Positions 16,991-29,275 of a DNA stretch of 64,000 nucleotides are shown here, piece by piece. The position numbers and the translations under genes are program-made. The DNA lies in contig JBHGAY010000018.1 of assembly GCA_041946735.1 (NCBI GenBank), positions 1 through 64,000 of the forward strand. Direction: 5' to 3'. Source of the stretch: Candidatus Eiseniibacteriota bacterium. GTDB lineage: Bacteria; Eisenbacteria; RBG-16-71-46; CAIMUX01; VGJL01. Numbering within the stretch: position 1 is the first letter of the stretch; every line of letters starts with the position of its first letter. The notes beneath the pieces were generated by a model that did no database searches, was not told the origin of the DNA, and was given only the letters and a program-made list of their open reading frames with translations.

Positions 16991-17793
16991 CGCTTCGCCT
17001 CCGGGTGCTCCGGGTGCCAGGATGGCTTGCGCTTCTCGAGGAACGCCGCGAGCCCCTCGCTGCCCTCCTCCGACGCTCGCAGGCGCGCGGTCCAGGCCGA
17101 GGTGAGCGCCGCGCGATCGTCCGGGGAGGTGGCCGGCAGCACTTCGAGAAGCCGCTTCACTTCGGCCTGCGCGCGCGGTCCGCCGGCGAGCAACGCGGCG
17201 CCGACGAAGGCCGCGACCGCGGCGTCCAGCCCTTCGTCTCCCGCCACCACCTGCACGAGGCCGATCCGCATCGCCTCGCGCGCGTCGAACGGCTCGCCGG
17301 TGAGGAAGTAGCGGCGCGCGCTCGCCGGGTCGACCTTTCGCAGGACGAACGGCGAGATCACCGCCGGGATGATCCCGAGCCGGACTTCGGTGAAGCCGAA
17401 GAGCGCGCCGGGATCGGCGATCGCCACGTCGCACGCGGCGACGATCCCCGCGCCGCCCCCGAGGGCCGCGCCGTGCGCCCGCGCGACGACCGGATGCGGG
17501 CAGGCGGCGATCGACGCGAACATCTGCGCCATCCGGAGCGAGTCGGCGCGATTCTCCTCCTCGCTCCACGCGGCCGCGCGTCGCATCCAGCCGGCGTCGG
17601 CGCCGGCGCAGAAGTGCTCCCCCGCACCCTCCACGACGACGACGCGGGTCGCGTCCCCGCGAACGTCGTCCGACTCGAACGCGGCCATGAGCTCGGCGAT
17701 CAACGCCTCGTCGAACGCGTTGCGTCGCTCGGGCCGGTTCAGGCGCACCCGCGCGACCGCCCCTTCGCGAAGAACCTCCACGCTCGCCGCCAT
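16987..17793 (-). CDS. Enoyl-CoA hydratase family, probable methylglutaconyl-CoA hydratase (LiuC)
   Basis: LNRPERRNAF, FCAGAD, ALGGGAG, FTEVRLGIIPAVISP; liu gene context. Confidence 0.9.
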   Translation of the reverse strand: MAASVEVLREGAVARVRLNRPERRNAFDEALIAELMAAFESDDVRGDATRVVVVEGAGEHFCAGADAGWMRRAAAWSEEENRADSLRMAQMFASIAACPHPVVARAHGAALGGGAGIVAACDVAIADPGALFGFTEVRLGIIPAVISPFVLRKVDPASARRYFLTGEPFDAREAMRIGLVQVVAGDEGLDAAVAAFVGAALLAGGPRAQAEVKRLLEVLPATSPDDRAALTSAWTARLRASEEGSEGLAAFLEKRKPSWHPEHPEAKR

Positions 17794-17825
17794 CGCAGTG
17801 TCTCCTCTCCTGAGCGCGGCTGGAA

Positions 17826-19433
<1,608 letters not shown>

Positions 19434-19666
19434 CGCGCCTCCGTCGAGCGGCCTTCGCGCCGCCGGCCGGCCGCCGGCGGGCCGCCGGGCCCGTCGTGCC
19501 GCTTCCACGCAGCCGGTGCGGCGCAAGATCGTCTCATCCTACGGAACGAAGGAAGGGCAGGCAACGGGCGGCGGGGACCAAGGGTCAAGCGAGGCCGCGC
19601 CGGCGTCGCTGCGGCGTCCGCGTCCGCGGCGCCGTCCGGCGCGTCCCCGGCGCGCCGCTTCGCGCC

Positions 19667-21073
19667 TCAGCTTCCGCGGTGCGTCACGACGGCTCGCGCC
19701 GTCATCAGCAGGATCCGCACGTCGAACCAGAGCGACCAGTTCTCGATGTAGTAGAGGTCGTAGGCGGTCCTCTCCTCGATCGGAACGTTGCCGCGCAGGC
19801 CGTTCACCTGCGCCCAGCCGGTCAGACCCGACTTGATCCGGTGGCGGCCGTGGTAGAGCGGCACTTCCGCGTAGAAGCGCTCGACGAAGTGCGGCCGCTC
19901 GGGGCGCGGCCCGACCAGGCTCATGTCGCCGCGGAAGACGTTCCAGAGCTGCGGGAGCTCATCCAGGCTCCACGTGCGCAGGAAGCGGCCGACGCGCGTG
20001 CGGCGCGGGTCTTCCGCGCTCGCCCACACCGGCCCCGATCCTGCTTCGGCATCGCTCCGCATCGAGCGGAACTTCAGCATTCGGAAGACGCGCCGGTCGC
20101 GACCCATCCGCTCCTGCCCGTAGAGGACCGGCCCCGGCGAGTCGAGCCGCACCGCGATCGCGCACGCGGCGAGCGCCGGCGAGACGAGGACGAGCAGCAG
20201 GCCGGAGATCACGAGATCGAAGGTTCGCTTGACCACCCCGTTCCAGCCGGCGAGAGGCAGCCGGCGGGGCCGGACGACCGGCAGTCCCGCCACTTCTTCG
20301 ACCTGGATCCCGCCGCCGAACGGGAACGCCATCTCCGGAACGACGTCGACCTCGAGATCGAGCCGCCGGCACGCGGCGATCCACCGCTCGAGGTCGGCCT
20401 GGCGGGACGCGGGCAGCGCGAAGAGGATCCGGTCGAGCGAGAGCCGCTGGGCCTGCTCCTCGATCTCCGCGGGCGCGCCGAGGTCCGCGATCCCTTCGGG
20501 CGCCGGAGGATCGTCCGACTCCCGGAAGAGGCCGCAGAGCCGGTGAGGAACGACGCCCGCCCGCGGCAGGCCGAGGGCGAGCTTGAGCCCCGCCTCCGAC
20601 GGGCCGACCAGGGCGAAGCGGATCGGCGGCACCGCGCCGGCGCGCACGAGAAGCGCGAGCGAGGCGCGTCGCAAGGTCCGGAGGAGCAGGAACGTCGCGA
20701 GCCAGATGATCGGCGCGGCGAGCCGCGAGAACGACGCTTCGCGGTAGAAGAACGCGACGCCGGCGTTGAGCAGCATCCCGAGGCCGGTGGCGCGCAGCAG
20801 GACCGGGGTGCGCAGGCCGCGCCGCGTCCCCTCGGCGCGATAGAGTCCCAGGAGATGAAAGAGGACGATCCAGACGACGGCCGCGACGAGGCCCGCGCGC
20901 AGGTAGAGCGAGATCGACGGCACCTCCGACGGCGCGGGGAACCAGCGCAGCACGAGCGGAGAGAAGCGCACCGCGTAGCCGAGGAGGAAGCCGCCGGCGA
21001 TCGAGACGGCGTCGGCCAGGTGCCAGACCGCCTCGATCCGAATGACCCGCTTGCGCCGCTCGATCTGTCCCAC
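19667..21073 (-). CDS. Undecaprenyl-phosphate glucose phosphotransferase (WcaJ-like)
   Basis: N-terminal TM helices; [55 protein letters not shown]. Confidence 0.92.
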   Translation of the reverse strand: MGQIERRKRVIRIEAVWHLADAVSIAGGFLLGYAVRFSPLVLRWFPAPSEVPSISLYLRAGLVAAVVWIVLFHLLGLYRAEGTRRGLRTPVLLRATGLGMLLNAGVAFFYREASFSRLAAPIIWLATFLLLRTLRRASLALLVRAGAVPPIRFALVGPSEAGLKLALGLPRAGVVPHRLCGLFRESDDPPAPEGIADLGAPAEIEEQAQRLSLDRILFALPASRQADLERWIAACRRLDLEVDVVPEMAFPFGGGIQVEEVAGLPVVRPRRLPLAGWNGVVKRTFDLVISGLLLVLVSPALAACAIAVRLDSPGPVLYGQERMGRDRRVFRMLKFRSMRSDAEAGSGPVWASAEDPRRTRVGRFLRTWSLDELPQLWNVFRGDMSLVGPRPERPHFVERFYAEVPLYHGRHRIKSGLTGWAQVNGLRGNVPIEERTAYDLYYIENWSLWFDVRILLMTARAVVTHRGS

Positions 21074-21123
21074 GCCTCACCTTCCCGGAACGGGGATGGC
21101 TTCGAGCGCCCCCGCCATCCCCG

Positions 21124-22266
21124 CTAGAACGGCAGCCGGGATTGCGCGGGCGCGGAAGCCGGAGCGAGAGCGGGCGGCCGGCCGGCTTCGGCCAGCCAGG
21201 CGTCGATCGCGCTCTCGAAACGGTCGCGCCCGAAGCGGAGCGCGTGCTCGCGGATCGCGAGCGGATCCCAAGGCGTCCGCGCCATCCTCTCGACAGCCGC
21301 CGCGAGGGCGTCGGCCGACGGCTCGTCGAAGAAGACGCCGGTCATGCCGTCGACGATCGTTTCTCGCGCCCCGCCGCGCCCGAGCGCCACGACCGGCTTG
21401 CCGCAGGCCATCGCCTCGACCGGCACAATCCCGAAATCCTCTTCTCCCGGGAAGATCAGCGCCCGGCATCCCTGCATCAGACGTACCGCCTCGGAGGTCT
21501 CGAGCCAGCCGAGGAAGCGCGCGTTCGCCGGCGCGATCCGGATCAGCCTCTCCCGCTCGACTCCCGTCCCCGCGATCACCAGAGGCTCTCCGCTGCGCGC
21601 GTACGCCTCGAGCGCGATCTCGATCCTCTTGTAGGGGACGAGGGCGGAGAGGATCAGGTCGTAGCGCCCGGGGTGCGCGTGCGCCGGCGCCGTGAAGCGT
21701 TCCACGTCGACCCATGGATGGATCACGCGAGCCGTCCGGCCGTACCAGCGGCGGATTCGCGCCGCGACGTGCTCGCTGTTCGCCGCGAAGGAGTCGACAC
21801 GCACGCACGAGGCGACGTCCCACGCGCGCAGCCAGGAGGCGGTGACCGGCAGCAGCCACGAGGCGGGGGCGCCGATCCGGCCGTCGCCGAAATACTCGTC
21901 GTAGGCCGCCCAGACGTAGCGCATCGGCGTGTGGCAATAGCAGAGGTGCAGCGTCCCGGGATGGACCCTCGCTCCCTTCGCTACGCAGTGGCTGGTCGAG
22001 AGGACGAGGTCGTACCCGCGCAGATCGAACCGCTCGATCGCCGCGGGCAGCAGCGGCAGGTAGCGCTGGTAGGACTCCGCGCCGCGCGGCAGCCGCTGGA
22101 CGAAGGAGGTGTGGATCGGGTGGGATTCGATCGTCTCGCTCACCGTGCCCGGGCGATGGACGATGGTATAGATCGGCGCGTCGGGGAAGCGCTCGCAAAA
22201 GGCTTCGAGCACCTTCTCCCCGCCCCGCATCCCGGTCAGCCAGTCATGGACCAGAGCGACCCGCAA
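21124..22266 (-). CDS. Glycosyltransferase family 4
   Basis: VHDWLTGMRGGEKV, YCHTPMRY, EDFGIVPVEAMACGKPV. Confidence 0.93.
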   Translation of the reverse strand: MRVALVHDWLTGMRGGEKVLEAFCERFPDAPIYTIVHRPGTVSETIESHPIHTSFVQRLPRGAESYQRYLPLLPAAIERFDLRGYDLVLSTSHCVAKGARVHPGTLHLCYCHTPMRYVWAAYDEYFGDGRIGAPASWLLPVTASWLRAWDVASCVRVDSFAANSEHVAARIRRWYGRTARVIHPWVDVERFTAPAHAHPGRYDLILSALVPYKRIEIALEAYARSGEPLVIAGTGVERERLIRIAPANARFLGWLETSEAVRLMQGCRALIFPGEEDFGIVPVEAMACGKPVVALGRGGARETIVDGMTGVFFDEPSADALAAAVERMARTPWDPLAIREHALRFGRDRFESAIDAWLAEAGRPPALAPASAPAQSRLPF

Positions 22267-23608
22267 CGCTCCCCGCGCCTCCCCTTCCGTCGGTCCGATG
22301 CGCCGCCGCGTCCTCGCCGCCGGCCGGACGTGCCGGTCCGCGAGCGAGAGCGGCGGCCGGGCCCGCCGGCTCGCGAGCCTCGGCGGCTTCGAGAAGCTCG
22401 GCGACCAGGGCGTTCATGACGAAGAGCCCTTCCGCCGCGACCCGGAACCGGCCCCCGCCCGATTCGAGCAGCCCCGCATCGACCCAGCGAGCCGCATGCT
22501 GGCGCAAGCGCGCGGTCCGCTCAAGCCCGAACTCCGCCTCGACCGTCCTCCAGGAGATTCCCTCGTGGAGCCGCAGCCCCAGAAGGAGGAGCTCCTCGCG
22601 CCTTCCGACCTCGTCGACCGGCTGCGTCTCGTGCGGCGGGTCCTCCCCCGCTTCGACCGCCGCGAGGTAGGCGGCCAGGTCGGGCCGGTTGGCGCGCCGC
22701 GTCTCCCCCGCGTAGCCGTGCGCCCCAGGTCCGAGCCCCAGATAGCGGCCGCCGCGCCAGACGTGGAGGTTGTGGCGGCATGCCCGCCCCGGACGCGCCC
22801 AGTTCGAGATCTCGTAGCGCTCGTAGCCCGCGCCGGCGAGGGTCGCTCGCGCCGTCTCGTACTGCGCGCGCGCCTGCTCGTCATCCGGCAGGACGATCCG
22901 GCCCGCATCCCTGGCCCGCCCCATCGCCGTCCGCGCCTCGAGCGTGAGGAGATAGGCGGAGAGATGCTCCGGCGCGAGATCGATCGCCGCGCGAAGGGAA
23001 TCCTCCCAGCGGGCCGCGCGCTCCTCGGCCCGCCCGCCGCCGCCGGGCGGCGCCGGCAACCCGTAGATCAGGTCGAGGTTCACGTTCTCGAAGCCGGCCG
23101 CCCGCGCGCGCGCCACCGCGAGCCGGGCCTGGTCGGCATCGTGGAGGCGGTCGAGCATCGCCAGCTCCGCCGGATCGAACGACTGCGCCCCGAGCGAGAG
23201 GCGGTTCACACCGCCCGCGAGCGCGGCATCGAGCAGCTCCGCGTTCGCCGACTCGGGATTCGCCTCCATCGTCCACTCGGCATCCGCGCCGATCGGGAGC
23301 CGCTCGCGCAGACCGCGCAACAGCCGCTCGAGCCGTTCGGGACCGAGCAGCGACGGCGTGCCGCCGCCGAGGAAGACGCTGTCGAAGCAGCCGTGGGGCC
23401 ACGAGCCGGCGCGCCGTTCCGCCTCCTCGAGAATCGCCTCGACCGTCCGCGCGCGGATGGCGTCGTCGCGGATCTCGACGTAGAAATCGCAGTAGCCGCA
23501 GCGGCGCCGGCAGAACGGAACGTGGACGTAGAGGCCGGGACCGGTCCGGATGCGCGCGGTCCCGTCGCCCGCGCCCGGCGGCCCTTCCCGCACGTCGGGA
23601 GCCGGCAT
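22244..23608 (-). CDS. hemW: Radical SAM heme chaperone HemW
   Basis: LYVHVPFCRRRCGYCDF, GGGTPS, YEISNW, YLGLGPGAH; follows lepA-lepB. Confidence 0.88.
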   Translation of the reverse strand: MPAPDVREGPPGAGDGTARIRTGPGLYVHVPFCRRRCGYCDFYVEIRDDAIRARTVEAILEEAERRAGSWPHGCFDSVFLGGGTPSLLGPERLERLLRGLRERLPIGADAEWTMEANPESANAELLDAALAGGVNRLSLGAQSFDPAELAMLDRLHDADQARLAVARARAAGFENVNLDLIYGLPAPPGGGGRAEERAARWEDSLRAAIDLAPEHLSAYLLTLEARTAMGRARDAGRIVLPDDEQARAQYETARATLAGAGYERYEISNWARPGRACRHNLHVWRGGRYLGLGPGAHGYAGETRRANRPDLAAYLAAVEAGEDPPHETQPVDEVGRREELLLLGLRLHEGISWRTVEAEFGLERTARLRQHAARWVDAGLLESGGGRFRVAAEGLFVMNALVAELLEAAEAREPAGPAAALARGPARPAGGEDAAAHRTDGRGGAGSVAGRSGP

Positions 23609-24246
23609 CAGTGGATCAGGCGCAGCATGCGGTTGAAGCGCGGAAGATGCTTCTTCGCGTCCCACGAGAAGTAGATGACCTCCGCCTTCCCGCGAATCAG
23701 ACGAACGTCGAGCGGTCCCCAGAAGCGGCTGTCTTCGCTGTTGTCGCGGTTGTCCCCCATCATGAAGATGTTCCCCTTCGGCACGCGGTAGGGGCCGAAG
23801 TTGTCCCGGTAGGGCCGGAGGGTTGGGTCGATGTGCTTTACGTAGGGTTCATCCCTCCGCACCCCGTCCACGTAGAGCACCTTGTTCTTGTACTCCACCG
23901 TCTGGCCGCCGACCGCCACGCACCGCTTGATGTAGTCCTGCTTCGGGTTCTTCGGATTCTGGAAGACGATCACGTCCCCCACGCGCGGTTGGCGAAGGCC
24001 GGGGAGCCGCGTGTGGGTGAAGGGAATGTTCGGCCCGTACGTCAGCTTGCTGATGAACAGGAAGTCGTGGACGAGGAGGGTGTCCTCCATGGACGGCGAC
24101 GGGATCCGGAACGCCTGGAACGCCAGGGAGCGGATCACGGCGAAGAGGACGAACGCCCAGAGCAGCGAACGCATCCATTCGCGCGCCTGCTGCTTCAGCG
24201 TGCCCTCCTCCGCGCGAGGCATCGCCATCTGCTGGCTCTTCCCCAT
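23608..24246 (-). CDS. lepB: Signal peptidase I
   Basis: IPSPSMEDTL, DYIKRC, GDNRDNSEDSRFWG. Confidence 0.95.
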   Translation of the reverse strand: MGKSQQMAMPRAEEGTLKQQAREWMRSLLWAFVLFAVIRSLAFQAFRIPSPSMEDTLLVHDFLFISKLTYGPNIPFTHTRLPGLRQPRVGDVIVFQNPKNPKQDYIKRCVAVGGQTVEYKNKVLYVDGVRRDEPYVKHIDPTLRPYRDNFGPYRVPKGNIFMMGDNRDNSEDSRFWGPLDVRLIRGKAEVIYFSWDAKKHLPRFNRMLRLIH

Positions 24247-24249
24247 CGT

Positions 24250-26052
24250 TCACTCCGTCGTCTTCAGGAGCGCCAGGAACGCCTCCTGAGGGATCTGCAC
24301 CGTCCCGATCTGCTTCATCCTCCTCTTTCCTTCCCGCTGCTTCTCCAGCAGCTTGCGCTTGCGCGAAATGTCCCCCCCATAGCACTTCGCCAAAACGTCC
24401 TTGCGAAGCGGCGAGATCGTGGAGCGCGCAATCACACGCCCGCCGATCGCCGCCTGCACCGCAATCTTGAACAACTGCCGCGGGATGAGCTCCCGCAGGC
24501 GGTCGACGAGATCGCGCCCCCGCTCGTAGGCTTTCTCCTCGTGGACGATCATCGACAGCGCGTCGACCGACTCCCCGTTGAGCATCACGTCGAGCTTCAC
24601 GAGCTTCGTCTCGACGTAGTCGTACATCTCGTAATCGAGCGTCGCATAGCCGCGGCTGCACGACTTGAGCCGGTCGTAGAAGTCGTAGATCAGCTCGCCG
24701 AGCGGGATGAAATAGGTCAGCTTCGCCCGGGTGGGGTCGAGGTACTGCATCTCCTGGAAGTCGCCCCGCTTCTCCTGGCACAGCTTCATCACGTTGCCGA
24801 CGTAGTCGGTCGGCGTGAGAATCGTCGCCAGGACGAACGGCTCCTGGATCGACTCGATTCCGCCGGCGTCCGGCAGCTGGGCGGGACTGTCGACCTCGAG
24901 CTTCGTCCCGTCGATCTGCGTGACGATGTAGGGGACCGTCGGCGTCGTCGCGATCAGGTCGAGATCGAACTCCCTTCGCAGGCGTTCCGCGACGATCTCC
25001 AGGTGCAGCGGACCGAGGAAGCCGGCGCGGAAGCCGAAGCCGAGCGCCAGCGAGGTCTCCGGCTCGTAGACGAGCGCCGCGTCGTTCAGCTGGAACTTCG
25101 CGAGCGCTTCCTTGAGCTTCAGGTAGTCGTCGGCGTCGACCGGGAAGATCCCCGAGTAGACCATCGGCTTCATCGGCTTGTAGCCGGGAAGCGGCGGCAC
25201 GTCGGAATCGAGGTGCGCGACGGTGTCGCCCACCTTCGCGTCGGCGACGTTCTTGATCCCGGCGACGACGTAGCCGACATCGCCCGCCTCCAGGCTCTCG
25301 ACCGGGACCATCCGGAGCTGGAAGATCCCGACCTCCTGAACCTCGTACTCCTTGCCGGTCGAGAGCAGCCGGATCTTCTCGCCGGCCCGGATCGTCCCGT
25401 CCACGACGCGCACGTACGCGACGGCGCCGCGATAGGGATCGAACGCCGAGTCGAAGATCAGCGCGCGCAGCGGATCGAACGGCTTTCCCTTCGGAGGCGG
25501 CACCTCGCGCACGACCGCCTCGAGGATCTCCCGCACTCCGATCCCTTCGCGGGCGCTCGTGAGCAGGATCTCCTCCTCCTTCGCCCCGAGCAGGCTCTGC
25601 AGCTGCGCCCGCACGTCGTCGACGCGCGCCGCGGGGAGATCGATCTTGTTCAGCGCGGTCAGGATCGTCAGGTCGTGATCGAGCGCCATGTGAAGGTTCG
25701 ACAGCGTCTGCGCTTCGACGCCCTGGGAGGCGTCGACCAGCAGCAGGGCTCCATCGCAGGCAGCGAGGCTGCGCGAGACCTCGTAGGAGAAATCGACGTG
25801 GCCGGGGGTGTCGATCAGGTTGATCTCGTAGGTCTTCCCGTCCGCCGCGTCGTAGAACATGGTGATCGCGTGGGCCTTGATGGTGATGCCGCGCTCGCGC
25901 TCGAGATCCATGTCGTCGAGGACCTGCTCGCGCATCTGCTTCTTCGACAGCGTTCCGGTGATCTCGAGGAGCCGGTCGGCCAGCGTCGACTTGCCGTGGT
26001 CGATGTGCGCGATGATGCAGAAGTTGCGGACGAGGGAGCGATCGACCGTCAA
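24250..26052 (-). CDS. lepA: Elongation factor 4
   Basis: [47 protein letters not shown] start. Confidence 0.97.
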   Translation of the reverse strand: MTVDRSLVRNFCIIAHIDHGKSTLADRLLEITGTLSKKQMREQVLDDMDLERERGITIKAHAITMFYDAADGKTYEINLIDTPGHVDFSYEVSRSLAACDGALLLVDASQGVEAQTLSNLHMALDHDLTILTALNKIDLPAARVDDVRAQLQSLLGAKEEEILLTSAREGIGVREILEAVVREVPPPKGKPFDPLRALIFDSAFDPYRGAVAYVRVVDGTIRAGEKIRLLSTGKEYEVQEVGIFQLRMVPVESLEAGDVGYVVAGIKNVADAKVGDTVAHLDSDVPPLPGYKPMKPMVYSGIFPVDADDYLKLKEALAKFQLNDAALVYEPETSLALGFGFRAGFLGPLHLEIVAERLRREFDLDLIATTPTVPYIVTQIDGTKLEVDSPAQLPDAGGIESIQEPFVLATILTPTDYVGNVMKLCQEKRGDFQEMQYLDPTRAKLTYFIPLGELIYDFYDRLKSCSRGYATLDYEMYDYVETKLVKLDVMLNGESVDALSMIVHEEKAYERGRDLVDRLRELIPRQLFKIAVQAAIGGRVIARSTISPLRKDVLAKCYGGDISRKRKLLEKQREGKRRMKQIGTVQIPQEAFLALLKTTE

Positions 26053-26573
26053 AGGCGCACCTCGAACGAGAGGAGGATCGCTTCGTCCTCCTGGCGGAAC
26101 TCGGCGTCGAAGCCTTTCAGGTGCGCATCCACGTAAGCGTCTCCCAAGCTGAGGAGGAGCGTGAACGCCCCCCACCAGAGATAGTCCCGTTTCAATCCCG
26201 CGTGCTCGTCGGCATCGTCGTATCGCCCCTCGTTCCACGCTTTCCAGCGCAGGTCGTCCTCGCGCACGATGCCGTAGAGGAAGGCGCTCTCGGCCCCGCC
26301 GAAGAGGACCGCCTTGAGCCACTGCCCATTGTGCGCCTGGCCCCACCCCGGGATCACGGCGGAACGCATCATCACCCAGAACGGCCGGTCGAACCCCTTC
26401 CCGCGTCCGATGCTCGTCGAGTCCACGCCGTCGCCGTTCGGCGCTTCGGCCCCGGTCGCCGGCTCGGCCGCGACGGCCGGAGCGGCGATTCCGGCGCAGA
26501 CGGCGAACGCCAGCGCCGCGGCGATGGCGACCCGTCCGATCCCGAGGCTTCGCCGGGGGACGGTCCGCCGCAA
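26049..26573 (-). CDS. DUF5683-like secreted/membrane protein
   Basis: [19 protein letters not shown] and [11 protein letters not shown] at 26573 gives a signal peptide, whereas the longer track ORF runs through tRNA-Sec. Confidence 0.75.
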   Translation of the reverse strand: MRRTVPRRSLGIGRVAIAAALAFAVCAGIAAPAVAAEPATGAEAPNGDGVDSTSIGRGKGFDRPFWVMMRSAVIPGWGQAHNGQWLKAVLFGGAESAFLYGIVREDDLRWKAWNEGRYDDADEHAGLKRDYLWWGAFTLLLSLGDAYVDAHLKGFDAEFRQEDEAILLSFEVRL

Positions 26574-26580
26574 GACGGCT

Positions 26581-26670
26581 CGCCCGCGAGCGACCCGCCC
26601 GAGGACGATCCGCCCTAGGACGATCCGCCCGAGCGCGACCCGCCCGTGGGCGGCCCGCCCAAGCGCGATC
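26581..26670. repeat. About 6 imperfect 15-bp tandem repeats (CGCCC-N5-CGA[T/C]C)
   Basis: cgcccgcgagcgacc/cgcccgaggacgatc/cgccctaggacgatc/cgcccgagcgcgacc/cgcccgtgggcggcc/cgcccaagcgcgatc. Confidence 0.8.
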
Positions 26671-26694
26671 CCGAGGAACTCAAGCGCAGGGGAA

Positions 26695-26790
26695 TGGCGG
26701 GAACGTGTGGGAATCGAACCCACCTCGGACACGGAGATGCCCGACAGAGGATTTGAAGTCCTTGGGGCCCACCAGAACCCATTCGTTCCC
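26695..26790 (-). tRNA. selC: tRNA-Sec(TCA)
   Basis: 96 nt; anticodon loop CT-TCA-AA, 6-bp D stem with TGGT loop, long variable arm, G73 discriminator plus CCA. Confidence 0.92.
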
Positions 26791-26863
26791 GCGCCCTTCG
26801 ACGCCACCGAGCGAGGATACGGAACAGCCGAACACCGGGTCAACGCAGCCGGATCCGCGAGGA

Positions 26864-27271
26864 TCAAGAACTCCGCGGCCGCACCGAGGCGATGACGTCG
26901 AGCTCGATGCGCGCGCCCTTCGGCAGCGCGGCCGCCGCGATCGTGCTGCGGGCCGGCAGCGGAGCGCCGACCTTCTCCGCGTAGAGCGAGTTGACCAGGC
27001 CGAAGTCCGCCATGTCGACGAGGTAAAGGGTCGAGCGGACGATCCGGTCCATCCCCGAGCCGGCCGCTTCGAGAATCGCCTCCACGTTCTGCAGGACCCG
27101 GCGCGCCTGGGCCTCGATCCCTCCGGCCACCAGCTCGCCGGTCCCCGGGTCGAGGCCGATCTGGCCCGACGTGAAGACGAGCCCCAGTTCGGGGATCGCT
27201 ACCCCCTGGCTGTACGGCCCGATCGCCTGCGGAGCGCCGGCCGTCTCGATCCTTCGGTGCGTCAGATCCAT
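26864..27271 (-). CDS. ridA: RidA/YjgF/UK114 enamine deaminase
   Basis: APQAIGPYSQG, FTSGQI, PARST, LPKGARIE. Confidence 0.9.
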   Translation of the reverse strand: MDLTHRRIETAGAPQAIGPYSQGVAIPELGLVFTSGQIGLDPGTGELVAGGIEAQARRVLQNVEAILEAAGSGMDRIVRSTLYLVDMADFGLVNSLYAEKVGAPLPARSTIAAAALPKGARIELDVIASVRPRSS

Positions 27272-27296
27272 TCGTTTCCTCCTTCCGGCTCCCGGC

Positions 27297-27325
27297 ATCT
27301 TTCCGGGCCGGACCAGGCGCGTCAA
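27297..27325 (-). promoter_or_regulatory. Possible sigma70 promoter for the ridA-selC-lepA run
   Basis: TTGACG-17 nt-AAAGAT. Confidence 0.4.
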
Positions 27326-27344
27326 GTCCGGGGACCGCCAGCGC

Positions 27345-27379
27345 CGAGCCCCGGCCGGCTCGGCGCCGGCCGGGGCTCG
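27345..27379. terminator. Strong GC hairpin downstream of the matrixin gene
   Basis: CGAGCCCCGGCCGGC-TCGGC-GCCGGCCGGGGCTCG, 15-bp perfect stem; no clear U-tract. Confidence 0.45.
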
Positions 27380-27458
27380 CGCGGGTCTCGAAGCGAGGGC
27401 TCGCGTCACGGAGCGGCTTTCCCCGCTCCGGCTCGGGCTCCTTGTTCCCCCGTCCTGC

Positions 27459-29273
27459 TCACTCGAGGACGAGAAGCTTGCGCTCTTGCTGCCCCTCCTT
27501 GGTCTGGAGACGGTAGAAGTACACCCCGGGAGCCACGCGGCGGCCGAGATCGTTCCGGCCGTCCCACGCCACCTCGTAGCTCTCCTTGGTCAGCTCGCGA
27601 TCGACGAGGAGCCGCACGAGGCGCCCCGAAGCGTCGTACACCTCGAGCCGCGCCGGACCGGGACGCAGCATCGAGAAGCCGATCCGCGTCTCGCCCCGGA
27701 ACGGATTGGGACGGTTCTGCCCGAGGAGCAGCCGCGGCGAGATCCCGGCGTCTTGCGCGGTCGACGGATCGTCGGGGAAGTCGCGAACGAGGATCCACTT
27801 GGACTTGGCCCGCTCCGCGGACGCGCGCAGGTCGTCGTGCGACCCGGCGCCGAGGATCGCGAATCCGGCGTGGATGGTCTGCCCCGGATCGAGCGTGAAC
27901 GGGCCGGTCACGATGAGCATGCCGATGTCGCTGTCAGGAATCTCGGTCCGCTCGAACCCCGAGAAGAACCAGGCCTTCTTGTTGCTCTCCGTGTAGCTCT
28001 CGGCGGTCGCATACAGGGCGCGATAGGTCGACACCCCTTCGGGATTCAGCACGCAGACGCCGGTCTGCACGGCGGTCGACGGGTCGGAGACCCAGCCGAG
28101 CTGCACGTCGGCGTCGTAGTGCACCCCGTTGTGCTCGTAGAAGGTCTGGAGATCCCAGTCCATGAACAGTCCGACGTGCAGCCCTTCGATCCTCGCCTGC
28201 GAATCGTTGCGCACCCTGTACAGGAGGACCGAGTAGTTGCCGTCCGCCCCCGATGGCCAGAGGAAGGAGCGCTGCGTCACGAACACGCCGTAGGTCGACT
28301 CTCCGCGCGAGTCGTCGTAGGTCGTCGTCGTCACCTGCAAGGGATCGGTCCCGTCGTAGACCTCGATCCCGCTGCGCTGGAGGAAGTCGCCGTCCTGCCC
28401 GGCTGCGACCCGCCGGAAGTCGTCGGACAGCCCGGCGCCGGCGGCGGTGCCGAGCGCGAGCCCCCCTTCGAAGAGGTTCGTCGTGCCGATCGGGTACTCG
28501 AACGAGCGGCCCCAGCGTCCGCCTTGCCCCGTGTAACCGAAGTTGCCCGAGTTGTTCACCGTGAACCCGATCTGGCCGTTCGTCTGATCGAAGTAGAGGT
28601 ACTCCTCGGAAGCGAGCGAGTAGAGCTGCTGCAGCCCGTTGATGTCGTCGACGTAGAGCGACTCTTCCAGGCGGCTGCACGGGGCGATCGTCGCTTCCAT
28701 CGTCGCCAGCGGGTCCGGCGAGTGCCCGAGGCCGAGCAGGTGGCCGATCTCGTGGGTCGCGACACCGATGACCGAGAACTGGTTTCCGGTGCAGTTGCCT
28801 TCCGACGGGCTCCAGAAGTTCGTCGTCGGGTTGAACAGGATGTCGGCGTCCCGCTTCGCGATGGCGTTGACGAACCCGTCGGGACCGAGCTGCCACATCT
28901 GCTCTCCCTGGGGATCGACGATCGAGCGCGTCACGGCGAGGCAGCTGCCGGTGCAATTGTTGCCGCAGTCGTCGAACGAGACCTCGTTCAGCCCGTTGTC
29001 GACGAAGTTGCAGTTGGTTGTCGCCGGCCCTTCGTAGAACGCGAGCCGGGTTCCGATGTCCTGCCAGGCCTGGAACGAGGTCCGCAGGTCGTCGAACTCT
29101 GCGTCGCCGGGAATGCTGGATTCGTTGCGTCCCAGGTTCAGCCGGTACTCTACCGGCTCGTCGGGATCCCCCCACTTGTGATTCGGACTCAACAGGACGT
29201 AGCCCGCGGCCGCCGCGAGCGGCAGCACCGTGAACAGGAGCGCCGCGCCGAGGAGCAGTTTCGGGTGCCTCAT
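27459..29273 (-). CDS. Secreted matrixin (M10/MMP-like) metalloprotease with C-terminal FlgD-type Ig domain
   Basis: Signal peptide; HEIGHLLGLGHS zinc motif, ATM Met-turn, LYVDDINGLQQLY; C-terminal QNRPNPF...VYDASGRLVR...WDGRN...GVYFYRL. Confidence 0.9.
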   Translation of the reverse strand: MRHPKLLLGAALLFTVLPLAAAAGYVLLSPNHKWGDPDEPVEYRLNLGRNESSIPGDAEFDDLRTSFQAWQDIGTRLAFYEGPATTNCNFVDNGLNEVSFDDCGNNCTGSCLAVTRSIVDPQGEQMWQLGPDGFVNAIAKRDADILFNPTTNFWSPSEGNCTGNQFSVIGVATHEIGHLLGLGHSPDPLATMEATIAPCSRLEESLYVDDINGLQQLYSLASEEYLYFDQTNGQIGFTVNNSGNFGYTGQGGRWGRSFEYPIGTTNLFEGGLALGTAAGAGLSDDFRRVAAGQDGDFLQRSGIEVYDGTDPLQVTTTTYDDSRGESTYGVFVTQRSFLWPSGADGNYSVLLYRVRNDSQARIEGLHVGLFMDWDLQTFYEHNGVHYDADVQLGWVSDPSTAVQTGVCVLNPEGVSTYRALYATAESYTESNKKAWFFSGFERTEIPDSDIGMLIVTGPFTLDPGQTIHAGFAILGAGSHDDLRASAERAKSKWILVRDFPDDPSTAQDAGISPRLLLGQNRPNPFRGETRIGFSMLRPGPARLEVYDASGRLVRLLVDRELTKESYEVAWDGRNDLGRRVAPGVYFYRLQTKEGQQERKLLVLE

Positions 29274-29275
29274 GG

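Noticed and set aside
24244..24252. Sec/stop readthrough fusions at in-frame junctions (lepA TGA-lepB; also hslV TAG-hslU and glmM TAA-glmS)
   Set aside because: Each gene is full length with its own ATG, three different stop codons are involved, and in-frame adjacency is expected by chance about one time in three.
26581..26670. CRISPR array
   Set aside because: Repeats are directly tandem with no unique spacers, and there are no cas genes in the window.
26049..26867. 272-aa ORF spanning tRNA-Sec
   Set aside because: The N-terminal part is translation through the tRNA and repeats; the real start is probably TTG 26573.
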